From Anolis carolinensis (lineage: Eukaryota): a DNA stretch of 64,000 nt. Shown one piece after another: positions 28,333 to 42,200 of the stretch. The DNA lies in assembly GCF_035594765.1 (NCBI RefSeq), contig NC_085842.1:269995749-270059748 (forward strand). The letters run 5' to 3'. Position 1 is the stretch's first letter; each line of letters opens with the position of its first letter. The notes under the pieces are model-generated. The model had not been told where the DNA came from and ran no database searches. It saw nothing but the letters and a program-made list of their open reading frames with translations. Made by a program: the position numbers and the translations under genes.

Positions 28333-29439
28333 CTAGCTTGGGGACCCGGTGGTGCCCGGGTCATTTGAGAAAGGCACTGTTTGTCTTTGAATGTTAGGTA
28401 TTCTCAGTTTGGAATGGGTGAACTACAATTCCCAGAATCGTGGGTCAATCCTCCCCAGTATTCAAAGTTGACCATTTTGGTTCTGTGTACCAAGTTTGGT
28501 CCAGATCCGTTGTTGGCTGGGTTCAGTGCTCTTTGGATGCGGGTGAACTACAACTCCCTGAATCAAGTCCCATTCCCACAAACTCCTGCAGTATGTTCAG
28601 TTGGTCATGAGGCTTCTCTGTGCGAAGTTTGGTCCCAGTCCATTGGTGGTGGGGGTCACTGTTTTTCTGGATGCAGGTGAATTATAACTCCCTTTTCCCC
28701 AAACTTGTCCAATATGTTCTGTTGGTTATGGGGGCTCTGTGTGCTAAGTTTGGTCCTCGTCCATCATTGGTGGGGTTCGATTGCAGGTGAACTATAAATC
28801 CCAGTACTTACTACTCCCAAATGTACAGGCCAATTCCCCTTGAAACCCACCAATATTCAAATCTGGGCATATTGGGTCTGCATTGCAAGTTTGGTCCAGA
28901 CCCATAATTGTTTGGGTTCATAGCGTTATGGGTGTAGGTGAACTACAACTCCTCTAAATTCCCCAGTAGGAGTCATAGTGCTCTGACTTGATGCAGGGTG
29001 AACTACAACTTCCACCATGTGGAGTTAATCCCCCAAACTCCTCCAGGAAGTTTAGTCTCTGCTCAGTTCTGCTGTGTTTGTTATGCAGACAGATTTGAAA
29101 GGGAAGGGCAGTAGCTGAGGTCATGCAAATTCCACAGCAACGGAGAACCCTGGGATGCCCGCCTGTGGTGGAGGAAAATGCACAATTAGGATGAAATGGT
29201 CCCCAAATGAAAGCATTCCTTGGGTGGTGGTCCGTAGCGTTTGGGAAGGACATTGGCAGGGGTTGGGCTACATGTTCATGGAGCTCGCTGTAACCACAAT
29301 GTCAGTGGAAGGGAGTGACTTGCTGGCTCCTCAGCATTGGGAACTATAGCCTGTTTGTGGAGGCTGGAGGCTGTCTGTGTGAGCTGACGCCCGTACCACA
29401 TACACACATACTGCTTTTCACTTTTATTATGGATATAGA
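28333..29439 (-). mobile_element. Non-autonomous Helitron with ~125-bp internal repeats
   Basis: Minus strand begins TC (29439) and ends CTAG (28333), inserted between A and T; subterminal hairpin gacccgg-tggtgc-ccgggtc. Confidence 0.8.
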
Positions 29440-29578
29440 TGTAATAACATTTTTTATGAATAATTCTATCAAATTCTTATCAGCTGTTCTTTCAATAATT
29501 GCATGCTTCCTCCAACTGCTTCTGGTCACTATCTAGTTGCAGCATTCTGGTCCCACTGAAATTTCAGAAAATACTGTA

Positions 29579-29896
29579 CAGTGTTCTCTCACTACTTCGC
29601 GGTTCACTTTTTGCGGATTTGCTGTTTCGCGGTTTTTCAATAAACTCTAAAATACTATTATAAATCACAAAAAATTACAATTTACAGCCTAAGGAAGGGA
29701 GGAAGGGGAAGCCAAAGGGAGAGAAAATGTGCCCAAGTGGCAATGGGAGGAGAAGGAGGCGATTTATCAATACACAATTGGTTGATAAAGACTTACAATA
29801 GTGTATAACTACTAAAATAGAGTCCCTACTTCGTGGATTTTCACTTATTGCGGGTGGTCCTGGAACCTAACCCCAGCGATAATTGAGGGAACACTG
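29579..29896. mobile_element. Tc1/pogo-type MITE, family B
   Basis: TIR cagtgttctctca / tgagggaacactg flanked by TA; second copy at 38605-38947. Confidence 0.85.
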
Positions 29897-30533
29897 TATA
29901 CCATAGATGTACCACATTATGTATCATAATAGTCCCCTCAAGATGTATATAAGGCAGCTCTCATTGTAACCTGTTAACCATCTCCAGGAAAGGGGACATT
30001 TGGTGCAGTAGTCATAGTTGTACAAATACTTTTCTGGTTTCTTATAAAATTTGGATTTCTAGGATCAGGGCTGGATTCAAGAATATACCCAAGAAGATAT
30101 AATGTTCTCAAATACAAGTAAAATATACCTTTCTAAATCAGGAACATTCCTGTCTTCCCTAGATGTAGTTGCAATTTGATTAAGTTGCAATTTGATACAG
30201 TTGCAGTTTGATTTGGTCTCCAGTTTCCTGTTGTCTGATATTAACAATTTTGAGGTCTAACTTAGAATGATACAAATAATTCTGCCTGTCGACTCACTTG
30301 TGTATATGGGTCATCTTATTGTATGGCTCATGAAGCCATGGTTAATTGTGTATGGTCTTGGAATTCTAGTCAAAAAGAGCAAAACTAAACCAGGTTGGTT
30401 CCCAAAGCCCTGAATTAGTCCCTTCTTTGCCTTAGATGAAATGCCTGCCGCAAACTAGCTTCTTAGACCTGATCAGGAGAACTCCTTTCCCTTATGAAAG
30501 CAGATGCCTGAGCATTATTTCTTTTAGATGTAA

Positions 30534-30835
30534 CTAGCTGTGCCCAGCCACACGTTGGTGTGGCGTTGTCTGGTGGTGTTGGTGAGAAATTGTTGAGGTA
30601 GTGGTGGTATTGAATGTTGTATGGTTGTCTTTATGTTTAGTATGCATTTGGTTGTTTGTGTACTGTGAAAGTGGTGAGGGTAGAGGGGGTCTATGTCCCT
30701 GTGTAGTATTGTATAGTATTTATACGTTGTCCATGTGTTGTGAATGCTTGGATTGTGTCCTGCTGCATAGTAGAAAGAGTTGGGCTGGATGGCCCTTAGG
30801 GGTCTCTCCAAACTCTTGGATTCTATGCTTCTATG

Positions 30836-30873
<38 letters not shown>

Positions 30874-31175
30874 CATCATCATCATTATCATCATCATCTT
30901 CTTCATCATTATTATGTAGAGGCTGGATGGCCATCTGTCAGGAGTGCTTGGATTGTGTCCTGCATGGCAGAATTGGGTTGGACTGGATGGCCTTTAGGGG
31001 TGTCTCCTAACTGTCTGATGCTATGATTCGATGTGTATTATTATTGTGTAGATATTGGATGGCCATCTGTCAGGAGTGGTTGGATTGTGTCCTTCTGCAT
31101 GATATAAGGAAGTTGAACTGGATGATCCTTAGGGGTGTCTGCTAACCTTAAGATTGTATGTTCTTCTTCTTTTTC

Positions 31176-31246
<71 letters not shown>

Positions 31247-31492
31247 GAGAGGCTGGCTGGCCATCTGTTGGGAGTGCTTGGATTGTATCATCCAATGGCA
31301 GAGTTGGGTTGGACTGGATGGCCTTTAGGGGTCTCTCCTAACTGTCCGATTCTATGATTCGATTTGCATTATTATGGTGCAGCTCTTGGATGGCCATCTG
31401 TCAGGAGTGCTTGGTTTGTGTCGTCCTGCATGGTAGAGGGAAGTTGAACTGGATGATCCTTAGGGGTCTTTCGTAACCTTAGGATTGTATGA

Positions 31493-31538
<46 letters not shown>

Positions 31539-32439
31539 GAGAGGCTGGGTGGCCATCTGTTGGGCGTGCTTGGATTGTGTTCTCCATGGGAGAATTGGGT
31601 TGGACTGGATTACCACAGTAGTTATTTCATATTACAGTAGAATCTCACTTATCCAACATTCGCTTATCTAGTGTTCTGGATTATCCAACGCAGTCTGCCT
31701 TTTAGTAGTCAATGTTTTAAATTCATTGTGATATTTTGGTGCTAAATTTGTAAATACAGTAATTACAACATAGCATTACTGAGCATTGAACTACTTTTTC
31801 TGTCAAATTTGTTGTATAACATGATGTTTGGTGCTTAATTTGTGTAATCATTACCTAATTTGATGTTTAATAGGCTTTTTCTGAATCCATTCTTATTATC
31901 CAACATATTCACTTATCCAACATTCTGCCGGCCTGTTTATGTTGGATAAGTGAGACTCTACTGTATATTTATAATCTTATATTATCTGCTTAGACCTGTA
32001 TTACACAGCTGTATAAAATGCACACTGAAGTGAATTATCTGGCAGTGTGGACTCGAGATAATCCAGTTCAAAGCAGATACTATAAGATTATAAATGGGTA
32101 ATATAGCTGTGTGGAAGGGCCTTGACTCTACACTGCCATATAATCCAGTTAAATTCAGATAATCTGTATCTTATAGGCAGTGTGGAAGAGGCCTAAGTGA
32201 GGCCTAACTGTGCCTGTGCCCTGGGCTGAGTAGGTTGCTAGGAGACTAAGTGGGCAGCAATTGGATAAAAAATAATTATTCCTCTCCCTCTAATTAGGAC
32301 TTTATTTTTCTTTTCTTTTTGTTGTATGAACATAGAGGCATGGATGAGGGGTTGTGCTGCCAAGTTTAGTTTTTCTGGGATGTGTAGTTTTGTTGTTTTG
32401 TCCTAGGCCGAAATTTCATTACCTTTTTATACATATAGA
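30534..32439 (-). mobile_element. Non-autonomous Helitron carrying TE-derived cargo
   Basis: Minus strand TC...CTAG termini in an A|T site; hairpin gccacac-gttg-gtgtggc; contains tandem CR1-like 3' ends, a Tc1 MITE (31635-31963) and Harbinger-like pieces. Confidence 0.75.
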
Positions 32440-34496
32440 TAATGTACATTTTAATAATACTCAGTATTACTCTTAGAAAACAATGTGGTTCTTCTGCTTC
32501 TAATATTTACTTGAAGGAAATGATATTATGTAGAAGGCAACTTTTAAATATCAATCCCATGTATCTGATAACCTTCAGTTAGCTTAAATTATTCACTTTT
32601 ACTTATCCTTTACACAGTTTCAATCTGTCCTTTATGAAAAAAATCTTTTAGATTGTTTAGATAATTGTTAATTTTAAATGAAGTCTTTAAAATGTTTGAA
32701 AAATCAAGAACCATCAATGCCTGTGAATAGAGTATTATATGCATCCTGTAACTTAAAGTTGTCTACCTTTAAAACTTAGGACTGATACTGGAGCTGTCAA
32801 AAAAACATTAAAAATATATGTTATTCTTTAAGTATGAGCACAAAAGGAACTGCTGTTTTTTACTGCTGACATCAAAGTGAGTACTGGGGGTTTATCAAAG
32901 TCTTAAGCCTCATCCATTAGTAATGTACAGTAAATAAATCAGCCGTTCTGGGTTTATGAGAGGTTAGTCTTTTTTCCCTTTTAGGTGATATTTCCTGAGA
33001 GAAAAAGATGCCTAGTGTAGTATCTGTTTTGAGTAAAAATGTCTTTGACAAAGCTGGACTTAGAAAAATAAATGCTGCTAATGTACTTTTGGATTTGTGA
33101 AGCAGTACTTTGAATAATATTCTGCTCTTATTTTAAAATCACTATTTTTTGTGATCAAGTATTTGGTAAACAAGCATGTTAATAAAAACTTTGGATCTAC
33201 TTATTAAAAAGTCATTTGAGATCAATCTGAGGATGAGAAATAAAGTATCGTAAATTCCTGTAAAGTGGCTGCGACGGTTTTGAGGTGGTGGTGGAGTCTT
33301 ATGATGCTTTAATACACAGGATTCTGTTTTACCAGGTTATGGTATGTTCCCAGTTGATAGACCATATACATACTAAAAATAAAAACTGAGCCCAAAAGCA
33401 ATACAATGCAAACTTGTATGTGATCTTTTAATATAAACCTTTTTTTTAAAAAAATGCCAATGATGAGTAATTCATAGTGGGTGTTAACATTAACCTTCTA
33501 ACTTCACTCTGCTAGTTTTCTAGTTGTTATATGAGCTAGAACCTTTGTTTTTATTCTGTATTAAATAGATAAAATCAAAATTGGTGATTTTTTACTTCAA
33601 TATTTTTATACAATTTTATTTTGAAATCCTTTTGCTGAAGAAAAGTAATTTTCAGTTGCACAGCAGAATGCCTTTATAGTTGTTTTCTTGCAACGTTCTG
33701 AATGCATTGGTTTTAATCTGAAGTTGGTGCCCCACTTATTACTTTTCATAGAGTCAGACCTGTTAATTCTGTGAGATTATTGAAAGTAACTGTTCAGCAT
33801 CTGAAATCATATATCATGTTTGATGTATGTAAGTATTAGTATGCTGTGACTAGGGAGGTGCAATTCGGAAAATATCCATACCATTTTTGGTGCCGAATTT
33901 TGATCGGCCCTTGTTCTGGGTTTTTTGGAAACTTCCCAAAGTCAGGAGGCAGGAAATACTGTTTCGTGATCCGTCAACCAGAAGTTCCATTTTCTTTCTG
34001 GGAAAATTCAGCCCATTGGCGGCAATGGGGGAACTTCCAAGGCTTCCCTTTCCATCATTTTTAGTGCTATTGGGACAAAAATGGCTACACTTGGAGGACA
34101 CATTTACGATTGCAAGCCTCCAGCTTTCAGAATGTTTTGATCATCCACTGATATTTAGGAAATTATTAAAGTTTCTAGAAAAAAATGTCCTTTAAAAAAC
34201 CCGAAAGAGGTTTCCCCTGGAATTTCTCCACAGTGACAGTATAGGATTAGCAGCAGGGCATTATTCCTCCCAACTTTCATAAAGATCCATACATGCCACA
34301 ATTTATAGGAAATGTTTAAAGATTTTTTTTTTTTTACTAATGAAAACAAATACTGTTCCTAAGCTTTTGCATTTCTACATGGTTGTCAAGCTAGGTGAAT
34401 GGGCAGGATTGCACACAAGCCAGAAGGTAGGACAGGGGAGGGATATAAATGAGTCAGTCAAAGAGGCAAACGAGGAGAAGAAAGGACTTATATAAT

Positions 34497-35772
34497 ATAA
34501 TAATAATAACTTTATTTTTATATCCCACCCCATCTCCCCGAAGGGACTCGGGGCGGCTCACAACAGGGACAAGCCCGAAACAACGACACAACATATTTGA
34601 CAAAACTTAAAACATTTCAACGATACACAAAATTAAATGATGGACAATACATTAAAATCCAAGCAGATAAAATCAGAGTAATTAAAAGCAAACCAGTGGG
34701 GATAAAGTGCTGTATCATAGAAATGAGTAACAGTGATAAAGTGCCATATGGTTTTATAAACATAAAAAAGTATTCTGATGACAACTCTTATTGGGCCTAT
34801 TCATTCAAATGCGCTCCAGAACAACCATGTTTTCAATTCCCAGCGGAAAATGGGCAGGGAAGGAGCTAGACTGATCTCCCTGGGGGGAGAGAGTTCCAGA
34901 GCTGGGGGGCCAGTGCCAAAAAGGCCCTCTCCCTCGTCCCCACCAGCCGCATTTGAGACAAAGGCGGGAGCAAGAGGAGCGCCTCCCCAGTTGATCTTAG
35001 GGTTCGCGTCAGTTCGTAGGAGAGGAGGCGATCATGGAGATAGGCAGGTCCTGAACCGTTTAAGGCTTTATAGGTAATAACCTGCACCTTGAATTGGGCC
35101 CGGAAACTCATCGGTAGCCAGTGGAGCTGTTTAAACAAAGGAGATGACCGTTCTCTGTACCTAGCTCCTGTTATTAATCTGGCTGCTGATCTCTGAACCA
35201 ACTGAAGTTTCCGAACTGTCTTCAAAGGCAGCCCCACGTAGAGTGCATTGCAGTAATCCAACCTGGAGGTGACTAAGTCAGACTTCACGCGGTACGGTCG
35301 CAGCTGGCGCACAAGTTTTAACTGCAAAAGCCCTCTCTGCCACCGCCGACACCTGAGCATCAGGTGTCAGCGCTGAGTCCAGGAGGACCCCCAAGTTGCG
35401 GACCTGTGTCTTAAGGGGGAGTGCGACCCCGTTTAGCACAGGTTGCCACCCTATGCCTTGATCGGCCGCACGACTGACCTGGAGGACCTCTGTCTTGTCA
35501 GGATTAAGTTTCAGCTTATTTTTATTTTATTTATTTACAGCATTTATATTCTGCCCTTCTCACCCCGAAGGGGACTCAGGGCGGATCACATTACACATAT
35601 AGGCAAACATTCAATGCCTTTTAACATAGAACAAAGACAAGACAAACATAGGCTCCGAGCGGGCCTCGAACTCATGACCTCCTGGTCAGAGTGATTCATT
35701 GCAGCTGGTTGCAGCTGGCTTGCTCTCCAGCCTGCGCCACAGCCCGGGCCCAATTATTCACCCTCATCCACT
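34497..35772 (-). mobile_element. L2 LINE fragment (RT C-terminal part)
   Basis: ORF 34866-35360: LVTSRLDYCNALYVGLPLKTVRKLQLVQRSAARL...LHWLP...RAFLALAPQLWNSLP. Confidence 0.9.
35518..35750 (-). mobile_element. Short tRNA-derived SINE inserted in L2
   Basis: Minus-strand head gggcccgggctgtggcgcaggctgg, gagttcgagg B-box-like motif, L2-like tail; L2 resumes after it. Confidence 0.8.
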
Positions 35773-37303
35773 TCTTTTGATACATTTTTTACAGACTACA
35801 GAAGCAAGATAGATAGGGCTGGGGAGGGACTGAAATTGAAATACTACTAGTATTCTTCCTGTGGGGACTTAAGGGAGTCAGGCTATCTCCTCCCCTCCCT
35901 AAACCACCCCTCTCCCACAAAGATAAAAAAATATTAAATATATCCCAAAAATGCCTTTTCCCAGCCCCCACCCCCCAGCGCATGCCCACCCTCACCTCCC
36001 TAACAAAATAGTAAAAAAGTACTCAAAGATATTAAACTGAGGAAAATTTAATAAAATTGCTAAAGAAAAATATTGGAATTGAGTCAAACATGTAATCTGC
36101 TTTCTTTCTCTGATTGGCTCAGGCAAGGCTAAGGAGAAAAAACCCTGCGTGCGTGCAGCTGTTACCATAGCACAGCTGAAAGCAGCCGATTTCGGCTGCC
36201 ATGTGGTTCGTTTTGGCCAAGTCAGTTCAAGTCCAGTTGCCCATCCCATTTCTGGAGGGTAGGTTTCCAAAACTTCCAGAATTCCCGGATCCGTTTTGAA
36301 AAATGGTGCCATGTACACTCTTAGCGGTGACATAATGAGGTCACCACATTATTGCTTGAAGTCACACACAGGAAAACAGAAGATAGTGGAGCCAGTTGCT
36401 GTCACTATTGCTGGCCTATGTAAACAGCCCTGGAATATTTGATTAATTTAAATTAAAAATATTACAGATTATCTTAATTTTGTTCAAGATCAGGAACAAA
36501 ATCACTTGTGGAGATAAATAATGAGTCGATTTACACAAGTAGGCTGCAGTAGGAAGCAGTACATTTATCAGAATATAAAGTATCATTGCCAGTAAAGTGA
36601 GTTCTGTTAAAACATGTATTTTTGTAATGTGAGTTGACAAGATCCTAGGATGTGGTGGGCTTTCCATCACTGGAGGTTATTAAATCTGTGTTATTGTTAT
36701 TTCTTGGTTGCTTTAGCTATGGAATCCTTCATGGTAGAGGAATGGATTAAATGCCCATTAGGGTTCTTTCTTGTTATGCAAGACAGTGGTTCTAGTTCAT
36801 AAACTCACATACCTACAGGAGATTTTAGAAATACCTCATAACTGCGAATGATCAAACACTTTGATTGGACACAAAACTTTGTAGACCCAGTGGGGACATT
36901 TGTGCAGCAGTAGCTTTCTTGTGGAAATAAATTTGATTTCTTTTTACCTAAATTCTTTTCATACCAAAGTAAGGTCTTGCCACTGCACATTTTGCACTTA
37001 TGTGTCTATGTATAGCAACAACAACCTCAAAGTGAATCCTTTGTTTGAACAATTCAGTTCATCTTCATACTTGTTTTAACTGTCCTCTGAAAAGCTGTAT
37101 ATATCTCATAATTTCTGTTATTTTCTATTTCAATGGATGCTTAACCCTCATCTGCTGATGCTACAGTTCATAGTAAGTCACCTTCTTTTGTTCAAACTGA
37201 ACATGCTGGCTACCAGAGAGGTCTTACTCTGCATAAATAGTCTTCTCCTCCTATATTCCAGTACAATGATTTGAATTTGTGAAATTTTTACGTTAAGTGC
37301 TTA

Positions 37304-37647
37304 CAGTAGAGTCTCGCTTATCCAACCGTAGCTCATCCAATGTTCTGTATTATCCAATGCAGTCTGCCTTTTAATAGTCAGTGTTTTTGTAGTCAATGTT
37401 TTCAATATGTTGCAATGTTTTGGTGCTAAATTCGTAAATACACTAATTACTACATAACATTACTGTGTATTGAACTGCTTTTTCTGTTGATTTGTTGTAA
37501 AGCATGATGTTTTGGTGCTTAATTTGTAAAATCATAACGTAATTTGACATTTTATAGACTTTTCCTTAATCCCTCCTTATTATCGAACATTTTTGCTTAT
37601 CCAGTGTTCTGCTGGCCCATTTATGTTGGATAAGCAAGACTCTACTC
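37304..37647. mobile_element. Tc1/mariner-type MITE, family A
   Basis: Same TIR and internal sequence as 9232-9554. Confidence 0.85.
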
Positions 37648-38604
37648 TATTTTTAAACTTGGGCAATTGGCCATATTATAATAAACATTTTAACTGCTTA
37701 TAGATGAACCTTGAATTCTGAAGCTACAGGACAGTATAATATATATATTAAATAGGGAAAATAACAATTAATTAGTATTTCATGTAACTGGTGTGCTTGT
37801 ATGTTTTGTTTATGCAATCAGAACTTGAACTTGGACTCAAAACTAGTGTACATTATTTTAATATATCTACACTGAGTACTTTTGTTAGTGAGAAATCCAC
37901 TTTGTAGACATTAAGATTCCCCAAATCCACAGTGAATAAATTGCTTACAAATCTCTACAGATTGTTTTGAACACAGTGCTGTTAGCCACCTGCAATTTAA
38001 TTTTAAAACAAATCTCTTCAGTTCTAAAAGTTAGCAGGTTTCTGTATAATTGTACTCTAAGGAACTTCAAACATTATGCTTTCAAAGTAGTATTTTTAAA
38101 CAATTCATAATACACAATATTTGACAATAGATAAAATGGCATAAAACATCTCAATGTAAATTAGTTGTATCTCATGTGTAATAAAATCTCAAGACAAAGA
38201 GGTAAGATGTCAAAATGTTCGTGCATTCTCTTGTGATTAATTTTGTATTAAACCTCTTACTGGAAACACCTTAAAACTTAGCATTGGTTCATAAATTTCC
38301 CCAAACCATATTGTTCATATTGGTCTGTTGTCAGCCATAATTATACAGTCTTTGGAAAGTAGTTTTAACTACAGTATGTTCAGTCTAATATCAAGATTTA
38401 AAATATTATTATAACCTGCTTTTCCCTCTTAAATGAGACTCAAAGCAGCTAGACAGATCTGTAAATCAATGAAATTAGAAAAAAGGAAATAGATTTCCAT
38501 ATTTAGATAAATTTCCTAAACAATGACTTGGGTCCAGTATCTTTCAGTAGAAAACAGCTTGGGTCCAGCACAGTATTTCCAGTAGCTAAACGGAGAAAGT
38601 AGTA

Positions 38605-38947
38605 CAGTATTCCCTCACTATTTCGCAGTTCACTTTTCATGGATTCGCTATTTCGCGGTTTTTCAATAAACTCTAAAAGACTATTATAAATAATAAAAAA
38701 TTACGATTTACAGCCTAAGGAAGGGAGGAAGGAAAAGCCAAAGCGAGAGAAAAGGAGCCCAGGCAGCAACAGGAGGAGAAGGAGGCGATTTATCAACGCA
38801 CAATTGGTTGATAAAGACTTAAAATAGTGTATAACTACTAAAATAATGTATAAATATTAAAATAAATATAGCGTCCCTACTTCGGGGATTTTCACTTATT
38901 GCGGGTGGTCCTGGAACCTAACCCCTGCAATAAGTGAGGAAACACTG
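38605..38947. mobile_element. Tc1/pogo-type MITE, family B
   Basis: Near-identical to 29579-29896, flanked by TA. Confidence 0.85.
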
Positions 38948-39092
38948 TAATTCTAGCCAACTTCCATCTCCTGATAAAAATCCGCCCTATTTGGGATAGG
39001 GCCCCAGAAATGAATAAATAGGTATGTGTCTATGCAGTGCTCGGATGGAACCATAAAAGGGCAGCATGTTGATAGAAAGGCTGTATCAGAGG

Positions 39093-39224
39093 GAGGCACG
39101 GGCAACTTTGACCCTCCAGGTGTTTTGGACTTCAACTTCCACAATTTCTAATAGTGTAAGCTGTTTGGAATTTCTTGGAGTTGAAGTCCCAAACACCTGG
39201 AGGGCTAAAGTTTGCCCATGCCTG
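39093..39224. mobile_element. hAT MITE
   Basis: Similar to 23434-23567, ends aagtttgcccatgcctg. Confidence 0.7.
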
Positions 39225-42200
39225 GTCTAGGAGGACCACAGTGTTGCGATGGAGACATTCTATGGGTGGCCTTCTCAGAAGGTAAGCTGAAGAAGGGAGA
39301 AAGGAACCCTTAAGATAAAAAACTTGTGTAATAATAATTCAGTTCCACATAGAATCATGTATTCAGAAAATGCATACCCAGGCAATGCTGGATATGTAGG
39401 ATAGTTTTACACAAATGGCACCATTTTATTACATCATTGTTATATGATGGAGTTTCAGCATCCACAGATACATATTGGTGCAGTCTATTGCCATCTGGCT
39501 TATGCAGTCTTTTAATGCCAAAGGGGTTGTGTCAGCTGGGTGCCAGTTGCTCAATGAACTGCACTATTTAGTTAGTTGGATTACTTGACACCTAGGACAT
39601 TAGAAGTGTTGCAGATATGGATGTGTCAAAACGTGTGTGTATGGAGGGAGAATGAGAAGGTTGCTTCAACAGGACAGCTAAGGGATGACCTGGTTTTTTC
39701 AGCACTTCACAGCTATACTTCTTAATGGTTTATAAGTTTTAATACTTGGCAAGCTAATTATATGATACTTTTCGGAGTTATATTTGTAGCAGAGAAAAAC
39801 AACAAATATGGGAGACATTTCTTGAGGAAAATATTATACTTATATAGCTTATAGATGCTGTCAAAAGATAGCTTGATATATACAGTTATAGTTATATAAT
39901 CACAGTTCTGTGGCAGGTAATTCAAATAGAAGAAAAAAATTCACTGTTCCTATTATATTGAGATTCAGCAATGAATTTCAAAACTACAATAACAAAGTTG
40001 TCAAATATGTTTAAGAAAAATGGCCAAAGTCCTGATAGTATTTTTACTGAATGTCTAATATCTGTGCCATTAGTTCTGGGCTGATTTCTTTCCTACTTAC
40101 CATGCTTTGTGCACAGCTTATAAATCTGTTTTCATCAGCTTATATGACTTTTATAAAGCAAGCCTAACATAATATAAGGAAATATGAAAGAAAGTCAGTG
40201 AAGGTCGAAGAGGCAATCAAATTATTACAGATTTCTCAGTGAACACTAATGGACCTTCGTAATGTGATTAGTTGTGAATATCTGTGCCCTCATTCACAAG
40301 GGGGCATTTTTAGTAAAAATATAGTATATTCTTTGCTCAATTTGGATTGATTTAGCAAAATTGTGTTTTGCAGGGTCTGATGACTAACTCCCATGTTAAA
40401 GTTTCAGTTTCAATAATAGTAATACTGTATGTTAAATTACTGAAGAGTAACAATTCACATTATCTCTTTGCCACGATAAGGTTCTGATGATACTTCTAAG
40501 CATCACCAGTTTTTCAGGTAAACAAAATATAGAAGTTAAAAGATTTTTAATTGGGTGAAAAAGGGGGTAATTGCACAGCCTAAGAAGCCTTAATGTATGA
40601 TTTTAAATACATATCCTGCAACACATAATTTGTCTTGTTAAATTGATCTCTTTGACCCATGTTGTTTCAGCTTACATTTCTGTTGTAGCTGTTCTCTTGT
40701 TTTATCTGATATATTGGTGACAGATTTGTCTTGATCTTAATCGTGTCATGCCACCAAAAACAAGATAATTTCTCAAATGTTGTACTAGGATTTAATGATT
40801 CCGGATGGGGTTGTACTACTTTGGAAAATAAAGTTTGTAATTTGTTTATGCTCTTAAATCCAGCCTTTTCCGGGTGTTCTCACTGGTACAAATGTGTACT
40901 ACTGATCTCTAAGTTAATGGGGACATGTTCTGGTTGAAGACTGGTTGAATGCTATTCTGGACTCCTTCCCTCCCCCAAAAAGCAGGATATAAATAGTTCA
41001 TTTACGTAAGTGCATTGTATTGTTGTGAGTATCGCTCTTGGACTGAAACACTAGCCCTGGTTATCTATGTTCTGATAGCCCCTTGTTTAAACCTCTTCAC
41101 AAGATCTTGTTGATATCAGTATCATTCGTTTAGTTTGTGTTTCCATTTTGTTCTTTCCATTTGGATGGCACGAAATGGTACATCCCTTTCCGATATGGAA
41201 AAAACGGTGAAACAAAAAGGAAAGTAGGAACAGAAATTATTTGGTCATCTGCTTTTCGGACCACTGAGCTCTGCCTGTCGGGCCAATCGGTGGAGGAAAA
41301 GAATGTCATCTGCCTCACCTGCTGCCTGCCTTGCCTTGCCCGCCTCCGCTCTGCAGACTGAGAGGAAAGCATCACATGTGGTATTTTAAGCCCTGCTTTT
41401 ACACTCACTTCTCTTCTGCAGATCGAGAGTTAAACATCTCAGAATTAGTGTAATCTTAAGTAACTCTGATGTTTTTAATTCCGGTCGTAATGAAGGATAA
41501 TAATACAAACTGCTTGAAAACAAAAATGGGGCCTTACAAATGAAATAAACTGAAACGAATAGCGATTCTCTACAAATGCTCAAGATTAGTTGATACTAAT
41601 CTGGAAACTACTGCTGATATCAAATGAAATGACTGGTATATTAACTGGCACAGCCTGGTAGTACTTAGGAGACAAATTGCTGCTACCTTCTGAAGAGTGA
41701 ACTAGGTTTCAAAAACTTTAAAAGAATCCAGGCAAAAGTGTTATTGCAAAAATTAACAGTGCGTTTCACATTAGACTTCAGAGAATTGGGGACTTATCAA
41801 TCCTTCTGCTGCTCTTCCTGGAAACTTCCAAGAGTAGAAACAAAGCTTTTTCTCATTTGTTTTATAAAGAAAGGCAATTGGGGGAATCCAAAAGGGCCTG
41901 TGAGCTTGTGAAGGGCCTTAGGTATCAACGTGTGATCCATGAGCAATCTCTGACCATTCTTCTTAGTGGTTTTCAAATCAGATATCTATGAAGGAATCAT
42001 CCAACCATCACAAGATGACAAAAACATCTTTGCAGTTGTCAAAGAGATAAACAATCATGAAATCAATTTCCATGTGGTGGGCAAATTTCAAGCTGTAATG
42101 TAGCCTTGGCTTTTTTGGCAACCTCCTAGATTACTAGATTTCTTTGATATCAGTTTCTGCATTCAGTAACACAATTCAGAGTTTTTTTTTAAAAAACTCG

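Larger units (their letters stand above)
33851..36323. mobile_element. Probable hAT-type non-autonomous element with nested L2 and SINE
   Basis: Diverged TIRs tagggaggtgca / tgtacactctta; 8-bp TSD gctgtgac / gcggtgac (1 mismatch). Confidence 0.55.

Noticed and set aside
28333-31610. CRISPR-like repeat arrays
   Set aside because: Eukaryotic DNA; units are degenerate tandem repeats within Helitrons, without unique spacers or cas genes.
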